Source: Promethearchaeum syntrophicum
Lineage (GTDB): Archaea > Asgardarchaeota > Lokiarchaeia > Sigyniarchaeales > Promethearchaeaceae
Direction of reading: 5' to 3'
Assembly (NCBI RefSeq): GCF_008000775.2
Contig: NZ_CP042905.2
Location: 2,040,001-2,072,000, forward strand
DNA: 32,000 bases
The notes beneath the pieces were generated by a model. It was not told the DNA's origin. It did not search any database and saw only the letters and a program-made list of their open reading frames with translations. This document shows, piece after piece, positions 23,869 to 32,000 of this stretch. The translations under genes and the position numbers were made by a program. How positions within the stretch are numbered: the stretch's first letter is position 1; the number at the start of each line of letters is the position of its first letter.

Positions 23869-25014
23869 ATGAAGAAACTCCCAAAAATATATTTAACTTC
23901 TCCTGTATTTCGCGAAATAGCCAATCATGAAAAGGTTTCGCATAAAAAAAAAGTACAAATAGAACGATTATGGCTTGAATTAAACGAAATCGCTGAAATA
24001 TATGTTGATAGTAGTAGATTTTCTTCGGAACAAAGAATATATGATGTAGTAAAGCAAAATAACATCGATTTTATTGGGTGTCATATCAGTCATCCCATCA
24101 CGAAATCGATTTTGGAGATTCCTTCTTTGAAGGCTGTGTGCACGTCGAGTATGGGATTCAACCATATTTTTCCCCATCCTGAAATTCTAATTACCCATAC
24201 TCCCTCGATTATGGATAAAACTGTTGCAGAATTAACAATCGGTATAATTATTGCAAATTTAAGAAATATTGTTGGATTACATAATTATTTATGGGGGGGA
24301 AAATGGGATCCCGATCTAAAATGGGATCTGGATGAGAATCTTAACAAATCTTTCGATAATTTGACATTGGGAATCGTAGGGTTAGGGGAAATTGGTCGTG
24401 AAGTTGTACGGCGATTAGATCCATGGGGGATAAAAATAATCTATTATGATATTGATCGAAATCAAGAATTTGAAGAGAAATTTCCAAAATTAACTTTTAA
24501 TGAAAAAATGGAAGATATTTTTAAAATAGCAGATATAATATCTCTACACATTCCATTAAATGATGCAACCTGCGGTATCGTAAATGAACCCTTGCTAAAG
24601 AAGATGAAAAAAAATGCACTTCTAGTTAATACAGCAAGGGGGGCGGTAATAAATTTCCTCGATCTAATAAAATTGTTAAAGTCAAAAGATATTTCAATCA
24701 ATTTAGCTTTTGACGTATTTGAACCCGAACCAATAACATCAGAGATTTTGAATGAATTTAAAACAATTGCAGCAGATAGACCAGAATTACGTTTTGTTTT
24801 CATCCCGCATAGTGGAAGTTCCGATGCGGACACCCGTGCTAAAATGGCTATAGTTCTATTCAAAAATTTGATTAAATTATGTAATTCTGTGAAACCTGAT
24901 GTTCTTAAAGACTTACAATTAATTCCGTCTCAGAAAATGTGTAAAGATCTAAATGAATCTAATTTAGAGAAGCTAAAAGTCTATAGAATTTGGAAATGGT
25001 GGAAATCTCGTTGA
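23869..25014 (+). CDS. D-isomer-specific 2-hydroxyacid dehydrogenase, NAD-binding (glyoxylate/hydroxypyruvate reductase or PGDH-like)
   Basis: The Rossmann motif is GIVGLGEIGREVVRRL. Other family motifs are NTARGAVI, FDVFEPEP and the catalytic IPHSGSS. Confidence 0.85.
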   Translation: MKKLPKIYLTSPVFREIANHEKVSHKKKVQIERLWLELNEIAEIYVDSSRFSSEQRIYDVVKQNNIDFIGCHISHPITKSILEIPSLKAVCTSSMGFNHIFPHPEILITHTPSIMDKTVAELTIGIIIANLRNIVGLHNYLWGGKWDPDLKWDLDENLNKSFDNLTLGIVGLGEIGREVVRRLDPWGIKIIYYDIDRNQEFEEKFPKLTFNEKMEDIFKIADIISLHIPLNDATCGIVNEPLLKKMKKNALLVNTARGAVINFLDLIKLLKSKDISINLAFDVFEPEPITSEILNEFKTIAADRPELRFVFIPHSGSSDADTRAKMAIVLFKNLIKLCNSVKPDVLKDLQLIPSQKMCKDLNESNLEKLKVYRIWKWWKSR

Positions 25015-25713
25015 CTATCCTTCTTCTTTTTTATCAGAACCACCGCCTAAAATAGCTATTGCTACAAAAATAAATGCTAGAGATAAGAAGATATGAATTG
25101 TGGCTACTACCGTATTATTATTCATTATATTCCCAACGACTGATGCTGTTGGAGCAAAGAGTCCAATCAATTGTGCTATCCATAGTGTCCGGATTTTCCT
25201 TTTAACTCCTTTTTGACTAGGATTGATTTTTTTTAAAACTTTTGAAATCCTAACAAGAGAGTAGATTAATAGTGTATATTGCCATATTCCCATAGAAATG
25301 AGCGCAATATAATTTTTATCTGTTATTACTGGATCTAAAGAAATTACATTTATAGTCATTGCTGTAGAAAGGATTGCAATTAATGTAGATCCAATAAAAA
25401 TTATTTTTTGAGTTTTAAATTTTAACCACGTAGTGCTATAAATGAATATTTGCATTGAAATTACAAAAAATGCTGTTCCAAAACTAAGTAACACTAACGA
25501 AGAGTGCGCTAAAATTTTAACGACAAGTTCTGTAATGCCTAACTCATAAACCATCATCACGAGGGAATAAGTCCCATATATGAAGAAACTCACCGCAAAA
25601 TATTGGTTTCCCTTATATGAAGAATCTCTTTTCAAAATTATAATTGCAATTGTATACGCTGTTAGAAATCCAATAATTTCTCCTATTACTGCTAGTTCAT
25701 TGACCATATTCAA
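25015..25713 (-). CDS. Seven-TM membrane protein, paralogue of 16043-16747
   Basis: See 16043-16747. Its stop codon (25015-25017) directly abuts the stop of the convergent dehydrogenase gene (25012-25014). Confidence 0.55.
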   Translation of the reverse strand: MNMVNELAVIGEIIGFLTAYTIAIIILKRDSSYKGNQYFAVSFFIYGTYSLVMMVYELGITELVVKILAHSSLVLLSFGTAFFVISMQIFIYSTTWLKFKTQKIIFIGSTLIAILSTAMTINVISLDPVITDKNYIALISMGIWQYTLLIYSLVRISKVLKKINPSQKGVKRKIRTLWIAQLIGLFAPTASVVGNIMNNNTVVATIHIFLSLAFIFVAIAILGGGSDKKEEG

Positions 25714-25835
25714 TATTATTGTATAAATTAGTATAAAAATGTTTACCTAAGAGAAATCAACAAAGAATACCTATCATAGAGATTTAGGATAATCCAAATT
25801 GAAGTTTATTTTTTAATTTTCTATACAATTAAATA

Positions 25836-26459
25836 ATGCGAATTCAAACTATGAATCATATGTCAAAAATTCGATCCTTCTTTGCGATAGAATTGAAGAG
25901 TAAACTTATTCTGGATAAAATTGAGAGATATCAAAGAAAATTACAAAAATCAATCGGACCTTTGAAATTAGTCAATAGATCTCTTATTCATTTAACACTT
26001 CGGTTTTTAGGTGATATAGATAACGAAACCGCCAAAAAATTGTATAATTTCATGGAGACTGAAATAAATAATAAATATTTTAATCCAGAAGATGAAAAAA
26101 TAGGGATTTTAAAAGGTGTGGGGGATTTTAATAAACGTGTTTTTTTTATCAGAATTCTTGGAGTAAAAGAATTATTACAAGAGATTTATGAGAAAATTAA
26201 TAAAAAAACACAATCTTTTCCAGAAATCAAACTCGAAACAAAACCTTACACACCTCATTTAACAATAGCAAGGAGTAAAAGGCAATCTCACCATCGATCT
26301 CGACAAAATCAGAAATCTAATCCTGGACAATTACCATATCCTCAATTAAAATCTCAATATAAAGAATTTGAATTTGGAAAATGGAACATTGAAAAAGTAG
26401 TTTTAAAAAAATCTGTTCTTACTCCGACAGGACCGATCTATTCGAATTTGGAATATTGA
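25836..26459 (+). CDS. thpR: 2H-phosphoesterase: RNA 2',3'-cyclic phosphodiesterase, LigT/ThpR-like
   Basis: Two H-x-T motifs are present: HLTLRFLG and HLTIARSK. The true start is probably a downstream ATG (25851 or 25860, MSKIRSFFAIEL). Confidence 0.75.
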   Translation: MRIQTMNHMSKIRSFFAIELKSKLILDKIERYQRKLQKSIGPLKLVNRSLIHLTLRFLGDIDNETAKKLYNFMETEINNKYFNPEDEKIGILKGVGDFNKRVFFIRILGVKELLQEIYEKINKKTQSFPEIKLETKPYTPHLTIARSKRQSHHRSRQNQKSNPGQLPYPQLKSQYKEFEFGKWNIEKVVLKKSVLTPTGPIYSNLEY

Positions 26460-26461
26460 TT

Positions 26462-27433
26462 TCAACCGTTCAGTTGTTTAGTCTTCTCTTCATCATCCAC
26501 TAAAATTCCTCTTAGAATTTCGTAAATCTCGTTGTATGATTGCTCAAAGAAATTGAATTGGTCAATTACAACGGCTTCATCGTGTTCCTCGAGTATTAGC
26601 AAAACGAAGAATAACAATCCTTCGATATCAAAAGATTGGATTACTCCCGATACTTTTGTTGCCCAATCAAGTCTATCAGAAAATTCGTAAGAATTCATAT
26701 TACCATCCAAAATTCGTCTCTGAACTATTTCGTAAAGGGTTAAAATCTTCTTCTTCATGGTTAATGTGAGGTTTTCAAGGAAGTAACTACCAATCTCGAT
26801 TCCATTTTGCTCAAACACTAATAAAGCCATCACATTTTCCATTTTATCGACAATATCGAGTAAAAATTTCTGAACAGCTTCATTTTGGGTATATAACATT
26901 GAAATTCCACGACTAAAAGCTTGAATAATGGTATGGATCTCGAATATATTAGATTTGTAAAAACCCATTTTGAATTTTTCTAACCATGGGCGAATACGGT
27001 GCTTTACTATTCCCATATTCTTTAAAATGGTTGGATCTTCACCAATCTTTGGATCACATTTATGGAGACAAACCACAATTGGAGCATCTATCTTATTTTC
27101 TTCAAAGAATTCCAGAACCTCGTCAAGATATGCAATAGCACTATCAAATCGAAGACTATCTTGAATATCAATAACATATATCAATAAATCAATCCCGCTA
27201 AGATAGCGCATTTTATTTTTTAAATATTCATCCATATAGTGCTTTTGTCCACCAAAATCATGTAAATAAATCAAATGGTCCATAAAAGTCACGCTTGAGC
27301 GTTCTATCTTCTTCGTTGGTTTGAGTCCTTTAACCGCTTCCGGGACATCGAATTTTTTTCTCATTGCAGTAAGAATAGATGTTTTTCCAGCATTGTCAAG
27401 CCCTAGTAGAGCAATTTTTTTATCTGAAACCAT
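26462..27433 (-). CDS. Rag/Gtr-like GTPase with a C-terminal roadblock-like domain
   Basis: G1 is GLDNAGKTS and G3 is HDFGGQ. G4 is LHKCD, that is HKxD as in RagA/Gtr1 rather than NKxD. About 140 aa follow with an alpha/beta pattern. The length of 323 aa is similar to eukaryotic Rag proteins. Confidence 0.75.
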   Translation of the reverse strand: MVSDKKIALLGLDNAGKTSILTAMRKKFDVPEAVKGLKPTKKIERSSVTFMDHLIYLHDFGGQKHYMDEYLKNKMRYLSGIDLLIYVIDIQDSLRFDSAIAYLDEVLEFFEENKIDAPIVVCLHKCDPKIGEDPTILKNMGIVKHRIRPWLEKFKMGFYKSNIFEIHTIIQAFSRGISMLYTQNEAVQKFLLDIVDKMENVMALLVFEQNGIEIGSYFLENLTLTMKKKILTLYEIVQRRILDGNMNSYEFSDRLDWATKVSGVIQSFDIEGLLFFVLLILEEHDEAVVIDQFNFFEQSYNEIYEILRGILVDDEEKTKQLNG

Positions 27434-27542
27434 TTTTTTTTTCCATTTTTTAGGTTTTTTTTTTTAACTATAGGTTAGATTAATCTCGTATTACTAAAAT
27501 ATTTTATAATCCTACATAAATTATTTTGCTTTGAACGTAAAA

Positions 27543-28535
27543 ATGTATCACAAATCATTCTCAGATAATCTTATTGATCAAATAAAACAAAAAAAATCAA
27601 TAATCTGCATTGGATTAGATCCTCGAATTGAAGAATCTGGTTCAAAAATTCCGCAGATTATTATGGAACGCGCAAAAAACAATTACAATGATGCAATATG
27701 GGAATTTAATAAGGAAATTATCGACCATACTTGTGAAATTACACCAATTTTTAAACCAAACATCGCATTCTATTCTAAATATAATGCGCTGGATGCCTTA
27801 AAAAAAACAATAGATTATATCCATGAAAAAAAAACTCTTGTTATACTTGATGCTAAACGTAATGATATCGGTTCCACTGCAGAAGCCTATGCTTATGCTA
27901 TTTTTGAGAATTTTAAAGCAGATGCGGTCACTTTTAATGGATATCTTGGTTCTGATGGGATTGCGCCATTTCTGAAATATGTTCCTAAAGGGAAAGGTGT
28001 GATTGTTTTACTTAAAACTTCAAATAAATCTAGTGGCGAATTTCAAGATTTGTTTTCAATATCTATTCCTGAAATTCCTCCAAGTGAAATAGAAACAACA
28101 ATAGAAAAAGGAATATTAATCCGTAATTATATTCAGATGGCCAGGTTGATAAAATTATGGGGAGAAAATCCAAAACTTGTGGGGGAAGGTAATTCTTATG
28201 GAACTTATGGTTATTCTAACATCTTAGGGGTTGTTGGCGCTACTTTTCCTGAGCAAATGAAATTGATTCGGAAAGAAATACCAAAGAATTTCATGCTAGT
28301 ACCTGGATATGGTGCACAAGGGGGAACAGCTAAGGATATAATCAACAGTGTCAATGAGGATGGATTTGGGGCCATAATCAGTGCATCTCGCTCGATTAAT
28401 TTTGCCTATCAGAAATCACCATACAAAGAAGAATTTGACGAAAATAAATTCGGTCCTGCGGCGGGAAAAGCGGCAAAAGACATGCGAGAAGCAATAAATA
28501 ATGCCTTAGAACAATCAGGAAAAATTGGATATTAA
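27543..28535 (+). CDS. pyrF: Orotidine 5'-phosphate decarboxylase, type 2
   Basis: Motifs are IGLDPR, DAKRNDIGSTAEAYA and VPGYGAQGG. I prefer the ATG at 27543 over the track's TTG at 27531. Confidence 0.88.
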   Translation: MYHKSFSDNLIDQIKQKKSIICIGLDPRIEESGSKIPQIIMERAKNNYNDAIWEFNKEIIDHTCEITPIFKPNIAFYSKYNALDALKKTIDYIHEKKTLVILDAKRNDIGSTAEAYAYAIFENFKADAVTFNGYLGSDGIAPFLKYVPKGKGVIVLLKTSNKSSGEFQDLFSISIPEIPPSEIETTIEKGILIRNYIQMARLIKLWGENPKLVGEGNSYGTYGYSNILGVVGATFPEQMKLIRKEIPKNFMLVPGYGAQGGTAKDIINSVNEDGFGAIISASRSINFAYQKSPYKEEFDENKFGPAAGKAAKDMREAINNALEQSGKIGY

Positions 28536-29365
28536 TTTAGGAATTTTTCTTCAAGAAAACGAGCAACTCCATCATCTAGATTACTTTGAATTATTTTAGT
28601 GGAGATTTTTTTTAATGAAGAAACGGCATTCTCAACCGCATATTTTTCATCCGCAATTTCAAACATCGGGATATCATTATTGGCATCCCCAAAACAAATT
28701 AAATTATGAAACTTTAATATATCTTTAAGATAGTTTAGAGCATTTTTCTTGTTTGCTGAGGGATGAGTAATTTCAAGTCGATAAAATCCAGGAGCATAAA
28801 TATCTTCTGAATAATGGATTCCATATTCTTCTTTCTTCATCAATTTTCGTGCAATGGGAAAAATCTCTGATTTTAAACCAAGAACATTAATCTCATGTAT
28901 TTTTATGTCTTTCCAAGGAAGTGTTTTGACCTTCTGGAATCGTGGATCGTTCCTTAAGAGTCGATCCTCTACATAAAATCTTTCAGCATCATTTGTTAAT
29001 TGGGTATAATAAACCTTATTTTCATTTCTCGAATTTATTCCATATAAAAACGGATTCAGATGATTATTATAAAAGATTTCTATAAGATTAGAAATAAGAT
29101 TATTATTAATAAATAAATGTCGTAAATACTTCTCTGAAATTGGGTCCCAAATAGATACACCGTTATGCAAGATGAATGGAATATTAATGTTTAAAGATTG
29201 AACAAGAGGTCTTGCTGATTCTAAGGCACGAGCAGTGGCAACAGAAAATAGATATCCTTTACCAATTAGGCGATTAATAATAGAAATCGTATAAGGATTC
29301 AACTCCCCTATTTCATTAAGTAAAGTTCCGTCTAAATCTGAAATAATTAGAGTTGAATTTTTCAT
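28532..29365 (-). CDS. HAD-superfamily hydrolase, Cof-type (subfamily IIB) sugar-phosphate phosphatase
   Basis: Motif I is IISDLDGTLL and motif IV is GDANNDIPMF. A cap-domain-length insert is present. Confidence 0.85.
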   Translation of the reverse strand: MKNSTLIISDLDGTLLNEIGELNPYTISIINRLIGKGYLFSVATARALESARPLVQSLNINIPFILHNGVSIWDPISEKYLRHLFINNNLISNLIEIFYNNHLNPFLYGINSRNENKVYYTQLTNDAERFYVEDRLLRNDPRFQKVKTLPWKDIKIHEINVLGLKSEIFPIARKLMKKEEYGIHYSEDIYAPGFYRLEITHPSANKKNALNYLKDILKFHNLICFGDANNDIPMFEIADEKYAVENAVSSLKKISTKIIQSNLDDGVARFLEEKFLN

Positions 29366-29425
29366 AATTTAAAAAATAATAGAATAAAGAAAAAATTACT
29401 TAAATTAAAAAATCAAATTTCTAGT

Positions 29426-29983
29426 TCACAAAGCAGTCCAATATTGGCTTCTTCCAATTTTTTGTGTACGGATAACATGATTTGCTTCTTCTAATTGGCT
29501 CATCACACGCCAAATTTCGGAGCTAGTCATTTTGAAATACCGCCTTAATTCAGGTGTGCTTTTTTCCTGCTTTTGCAGTAGATTTACAACAATTCTTTTT
29601 ATTTCATGTTCATCTTGGGACTCCTGAGTTGGTTGTTTTTCTAATTGACGTTCTTCTTGTTCATCCATTTGCAAAATTAACCCGTCTGCAATATTACTTA
29701 ATTTATCGAGTTTCAATCCAACATTTTCTGGACGCATGAATAAGCAACATAATTCAAGACCTCGAGAAAAAGCTACAACATAAAAATCATGATACAAAAT
29801 AGCTAATGGTTGTAGTGTTTCATCTCCTCCTCTGAAACTTAAATAAAAGTTCATTAAGAAACTTTCCATGTCAAATCTAAAGTTTATTTTTTGAAACTCT
29901 TGATAGAATTTCAAAAATGGCCCCTCAACTAGATCGAAACCTATCATTCCCGCAGATAAAATACCCTTCTCATTAAAATCCAT
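29426..29983 (-). CDS. Putative longin/roadblock-like domain fused to a C-terminal winged helix-turn-helix
   Basis: The N-terminal ~105 aa show a beta-beta-alpha-beta-beta-alpha propensity pattern (ILSAGMIGFDL, PFLKFY, MESFLMNFYLSF, LAILYHDFYVVAFS, ELCCLFM). An acidic/Gln linker follows. The C-terminus STPELRRYFKMTSSEIWRVMSQLEEANHVIRTQKIGRSQYWTAL is a typical wHTH. Its start lies 2 nt after the GTPase stop. Confidence 0.5.
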   Translation of the reverse strand: MDFNEKGILSAGMIGFDLVEGPFLKFYQEFQKINFRFDMESFLMNFYLSFRGGDETLQPLAILYHDFYVVAFSRGLELCCLFMRPENVGLKLDKLSNIADGLILQMDEQEERQLEKQPTQESQDEHEIKRIVVNLLQKQEKSTPELRRYFKMTSSEIWRVMSQLEEANHVIRTQKIGRSQYWTAL

Positions 29984-29985
29984 TT

Positions 29986-30519
29986 TTATTTTCCTTGCTC
30001 CGTTAGTATTTTTATTTTTTTTTGAGTATATCTCATTAAAGTCGAAATTAATTCAATCATCAACGCCTGGTTCTTTGGATCGATTGCAACCATAGGATAT
30101 GTTTTTATTTTTAATAGGTCTTCAACACGATCAGGGGTCATATGCCCTTTAAGATCTTGTTTGTTAGCTAGACACACAATTTCACATAGATCATCATCGA
30201 TTAGATTTCTTGCGTGATCGATAATTTCCATCGTCGAAAGAACATTTTTTGGAGTCGAATCAGTAACAATAAAGATCAAATCCGAACCATGGATATATTT
30301 ACTGAGTTGTTGTTTGATGAATGCTTTTTGACCTCCAAAGTCCCAGATCTTGAAAGGATTTATGTTTGGGTCGTTTAAAGTTGCCAAATTAAAACCCATT
30401 GTAGGATTATATCTTCCTGTGATTAATTGCCCACGGATCATTTTAGAGATAGTAGTTTTACCTGTAGCTGGTGCTCCGACAAGACTGATTTTTGCAAATT
30501 TTGCAAATTTTTGATCCAT
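29986..30519 (-). CDS. Arf-like small GTPase
   Basis: G1 is GAPATGKTT. G3 is WDFGGQ, the Arf-type WDxGGQ. G4 is ANKQDL, the Arf-type NKQD. Length is 177 aa. Confidence 0.8.
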   Translation of the reverse strand: MDQKFAKFAKISLVGAPATGKTTISKMIRGQLITGRYNPTMGFNLATLNDPNINPFKIWDFGGQKAFIKQQLSKYIHGSDLIFIVTDSTPKNVLSTMEIIDHARNLIDDDLCEIVCLANKQDLKGHMTPDRVEDLLKIKTYPMVAIDPKNQALMIELISTLMRYTQKKIKILTEQGK

Positions 30520-30614
30520 AATTTTTAACTAGAGTTTACATTCTTTATATTGAGATATCATTGAGATAATATTGTGATAAGAAATAAAAAACAAACAAAC
30601 TGAGAATAACCTAA

Positions 30615-31391
30615 ATGCCGAAAGATATACTTGAATTGGTCCGTGATTTTAATTATTTAGTAAAAGATGCAATTTCTGGCCCAAATTGTATTGATCCTAA
30701 AGTGTGTCATGGAGATTGCTGCTTTATTCACATAGATATTCCAAGAATTTTAGCTCAACATTACATTGAAAAGGGTTGGGCAAGTAAAGAAGATTTCAAA
30801 CGAGGTTCAACTTTTAGCTTTGAAATTAATGTTGATTTAGACATATTAAAGTGTGTGTTCTTTTCCAAAGAGGTAAATGGTTGTTCTCTGCATATAACTG
30901 GAATGAAACCTCCACAGTGTTGGGTATATCCTACTGGTTTAGATCCTGATAAAGTAAATACATCATGTAAAAAAGCAGGTGGTTGGTTTATAAATGATTC
31001 TGTGAGTGTTAGGAACGCTAAAAATATTTTAAGTGATTATGTTTCAATGTGTCAAGCAGAAGCTATAGAAGAAAACTCTCCCGATAAGATAAATCGGAGA
31101 TTACAAGCATTATCTACAGAAAAATTTGATACCCTTACGCCAAGTAGTATTGCCGGAATTGAGGATGATTGGGATAGGTTCAAAATTTTGATAGGCGAGG
31201 GTTATAATTTAGGCGTACGATCTTTTTGTTCAAAAATTGATTGTGGGATTGAATATTTCGAGTGCCCTGTTGTGTGTGAACCTCTGAAGAAAAAATTACT
31301 AAAATTTCTTTCTGAGAAATTATCCCATTTTATTCAACAAAACGGGTTTAAATCTCAATATACATTCATGGAATTAAAAGGACAGAACTGA
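30615..31391 (+). CDS. YkgJ/UPF0153-like Cys-rich (CxxCxxCC-type) metal-binding protein with a C-terminal extension
   Basis: C..VCHGDCCF is followed by KCVFFSKEVNGCSLHITGMKPPQCWVYP. This fits the family pattern C.fl....C.iy..RP..C..yP. Confidence 0.55.
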   Translation: MPKDILELVRDFNYLVKDAISGPNCIDPKVCHGDCCFIHIDIPRILAQHYIEKGWASKEDFKRGSTFSFEINVDLDILKCVFFSKEVNGCSLHITGMKPPQCWVYPTGLDPDKVNTSCKKAGGWFINDSVSVRNAKNILSDYVSMCQAEAIEENSPDKINRRLQALSTEKFDTLTPSSIAGIEDDWDRFKILIGEGYNLGVRSFCSKIDCGIEYFECPVVCEPLKKKLLKFLSEKLSHFIQQNGFKSQYTFMELKGQN

Positions 31392-31625
31392 AATTAATTA
31401 TAAATATGCCGATTTTTGTCGGATCCCACATTGAATAAAATCTTAATTATATTCCAGTCGGACCATCACGATGTTATATCGGATTATATATTATCATCAT
31501 TCTTTTTAACATAACCTTAAATAACTACAATCTTAAAGTTTATTAATGGGTAAATAATTTTTGCTCAAAGTCTACTTTTTGACATAGTTAGAAATGGGAT
31601 TAGGGTTTTGGACGTGCAAAAAAAA

Positions 31626-31976
31626 ATGGAAAATGAATTAAGCTTAACCGAATTGACTAAAAAATTCTTCAGTCGAAAATATGAATATATTATTCCTGAA
31701 AATCCAATCAAAGGTAGATCAGGTCAAAAATGGAAATTCAATGCGTTCGTGATGTATGAGAATCAGAAGTACGGTGTGTTTATCCGAGAGTGGAATAGGA
31801 GTATAGGGGTTAACCAGATTCGACAATTGGAGAAAGCTTGTAGGGATACAAAATGTGCAGGTGGAATCATAGTTGGAGATACATTTTCGTGTAATGCAGA
31901 GATTTTTGGAGAGAATTTAGGTATTCAAGTAGTGGAAAGGAGCACCCTAGTCCAAAAAATGCAGAATGGAATATAG
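31626..31976 (+). CDS. Small restriction-endonuclease-like (Mrr_cat / PD-(D/E)xK-like) protein
   Basis: The pattern GRSGQKWKFNAFV...YGVFIREWNRSIGVNQIRQLEKA...AGGIIVGDTFSCNAEIFGENLGIQVVE resembles the Mrr catalytic-domain layout, but the canonical D...QxK residues are not obvious. I prefer the ATG at 31626 over the track's TTG at 31608. Confidence 0.35.
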   Translation: MENELSLTELTKKFFSRKYEYIIPENPIKGRSGQKWKFNAFVMYENQKYGVFIREWNRSIGVNQIRQLEKACRDTKCAGGIIVGDTFSCNAEIFGENLGIQVVERSTLVQKMQNGI

Positions 31977-32000
31977 AAATTCCATATTGATATTCCAAAT

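Noticed and set aside
24462-24863. 133-aa minus-strand ORF
   Set aside because: It is antisense to the D-2-hydroxyacid dehydrogenase, which carries all its family motifs. I treat it as a shadow ORF.
31392-31607. Possible tRNA or ncRNA in the slightly GC-richer intergenic segment (gccgatttttgtcggatccc...ccagtcggaccatcacgatg)
   Set aside because: Only a short CCGA/UCGG hairpin can be drawn. There is no acceptor stem, no T-arm (GTTCRANNC) and no anticodon-arm geometry. The same applies to the other intergenic regions I scanned (3679-3878, 5268-5429, 8374-8540, 9309-9502, 19095-19564).

Overview
All calls here come from reading the supplied ORF translations and the DNA by eye; no search or computation was run. 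The window is AT-rich, densely coding, chromosomal-looking DNA. I found no rRNA, tRNA, CRISPR array, transposase or integrase.

Likely source (inference): an Asgard, Lokiarchaeia-like archaeon. The window holds three Ras-superfamily small GTPases: one Rab/Ras-like, one Arf-like, and one Rag/Gtr-like with HKxD in G4 and a C-terminal roadblock-like half. It also has an LRR protein, GGTGA-type Shine-Dalgarno sites and oligo-T tracts after genes.

Housekeeping and metabolic genes:
- Sir2 deacylase, pirin, PyrF (type 2), a Cof-type HAD phosphatase, a D-2-hydroxyacid dehydrogenase and a 2H phosphoesterase.
- An FAD-oxidase plus CCG-domain Fe-S oxidoreductase pair.
- An activase plus two-subunit 2-hydroxyacyl-CoA-dehydratase/benzoyl-CoA-reductase-type cassette. 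It is bracketed by two direct paralogues of a Cys-rich Fe-S protein.

Most interesting observations:
1. A minus-strand HesB/IscA-like ORF (18771-19082) carries tandem in-frame TGA-TGA at the position of the cluster-ligand Cys. About 25 nt into its 3' UTR lies a hairpin with a eukaryote-like SECIS core. This makes it a candidate di-selenocysteine protein.
2. A decayed copy of that gene's 3' end and hairpin sits at 16779-16930. It is fused to a 34-bp duplicate of the 3' end of the upstream Fe-S gene, which marks a rearrangement scar.
3. Two separate operons couple a small GTPase to a winged-helix protein. In one, the partner looks like a longin/roadblock-like domain fused to a wHTH.
4. A translationally coupled pair of paralogous membrane-anchored hexapeptide-repeat (LbH) proteins.
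5. Two paralogous standalone 7TM proteins.
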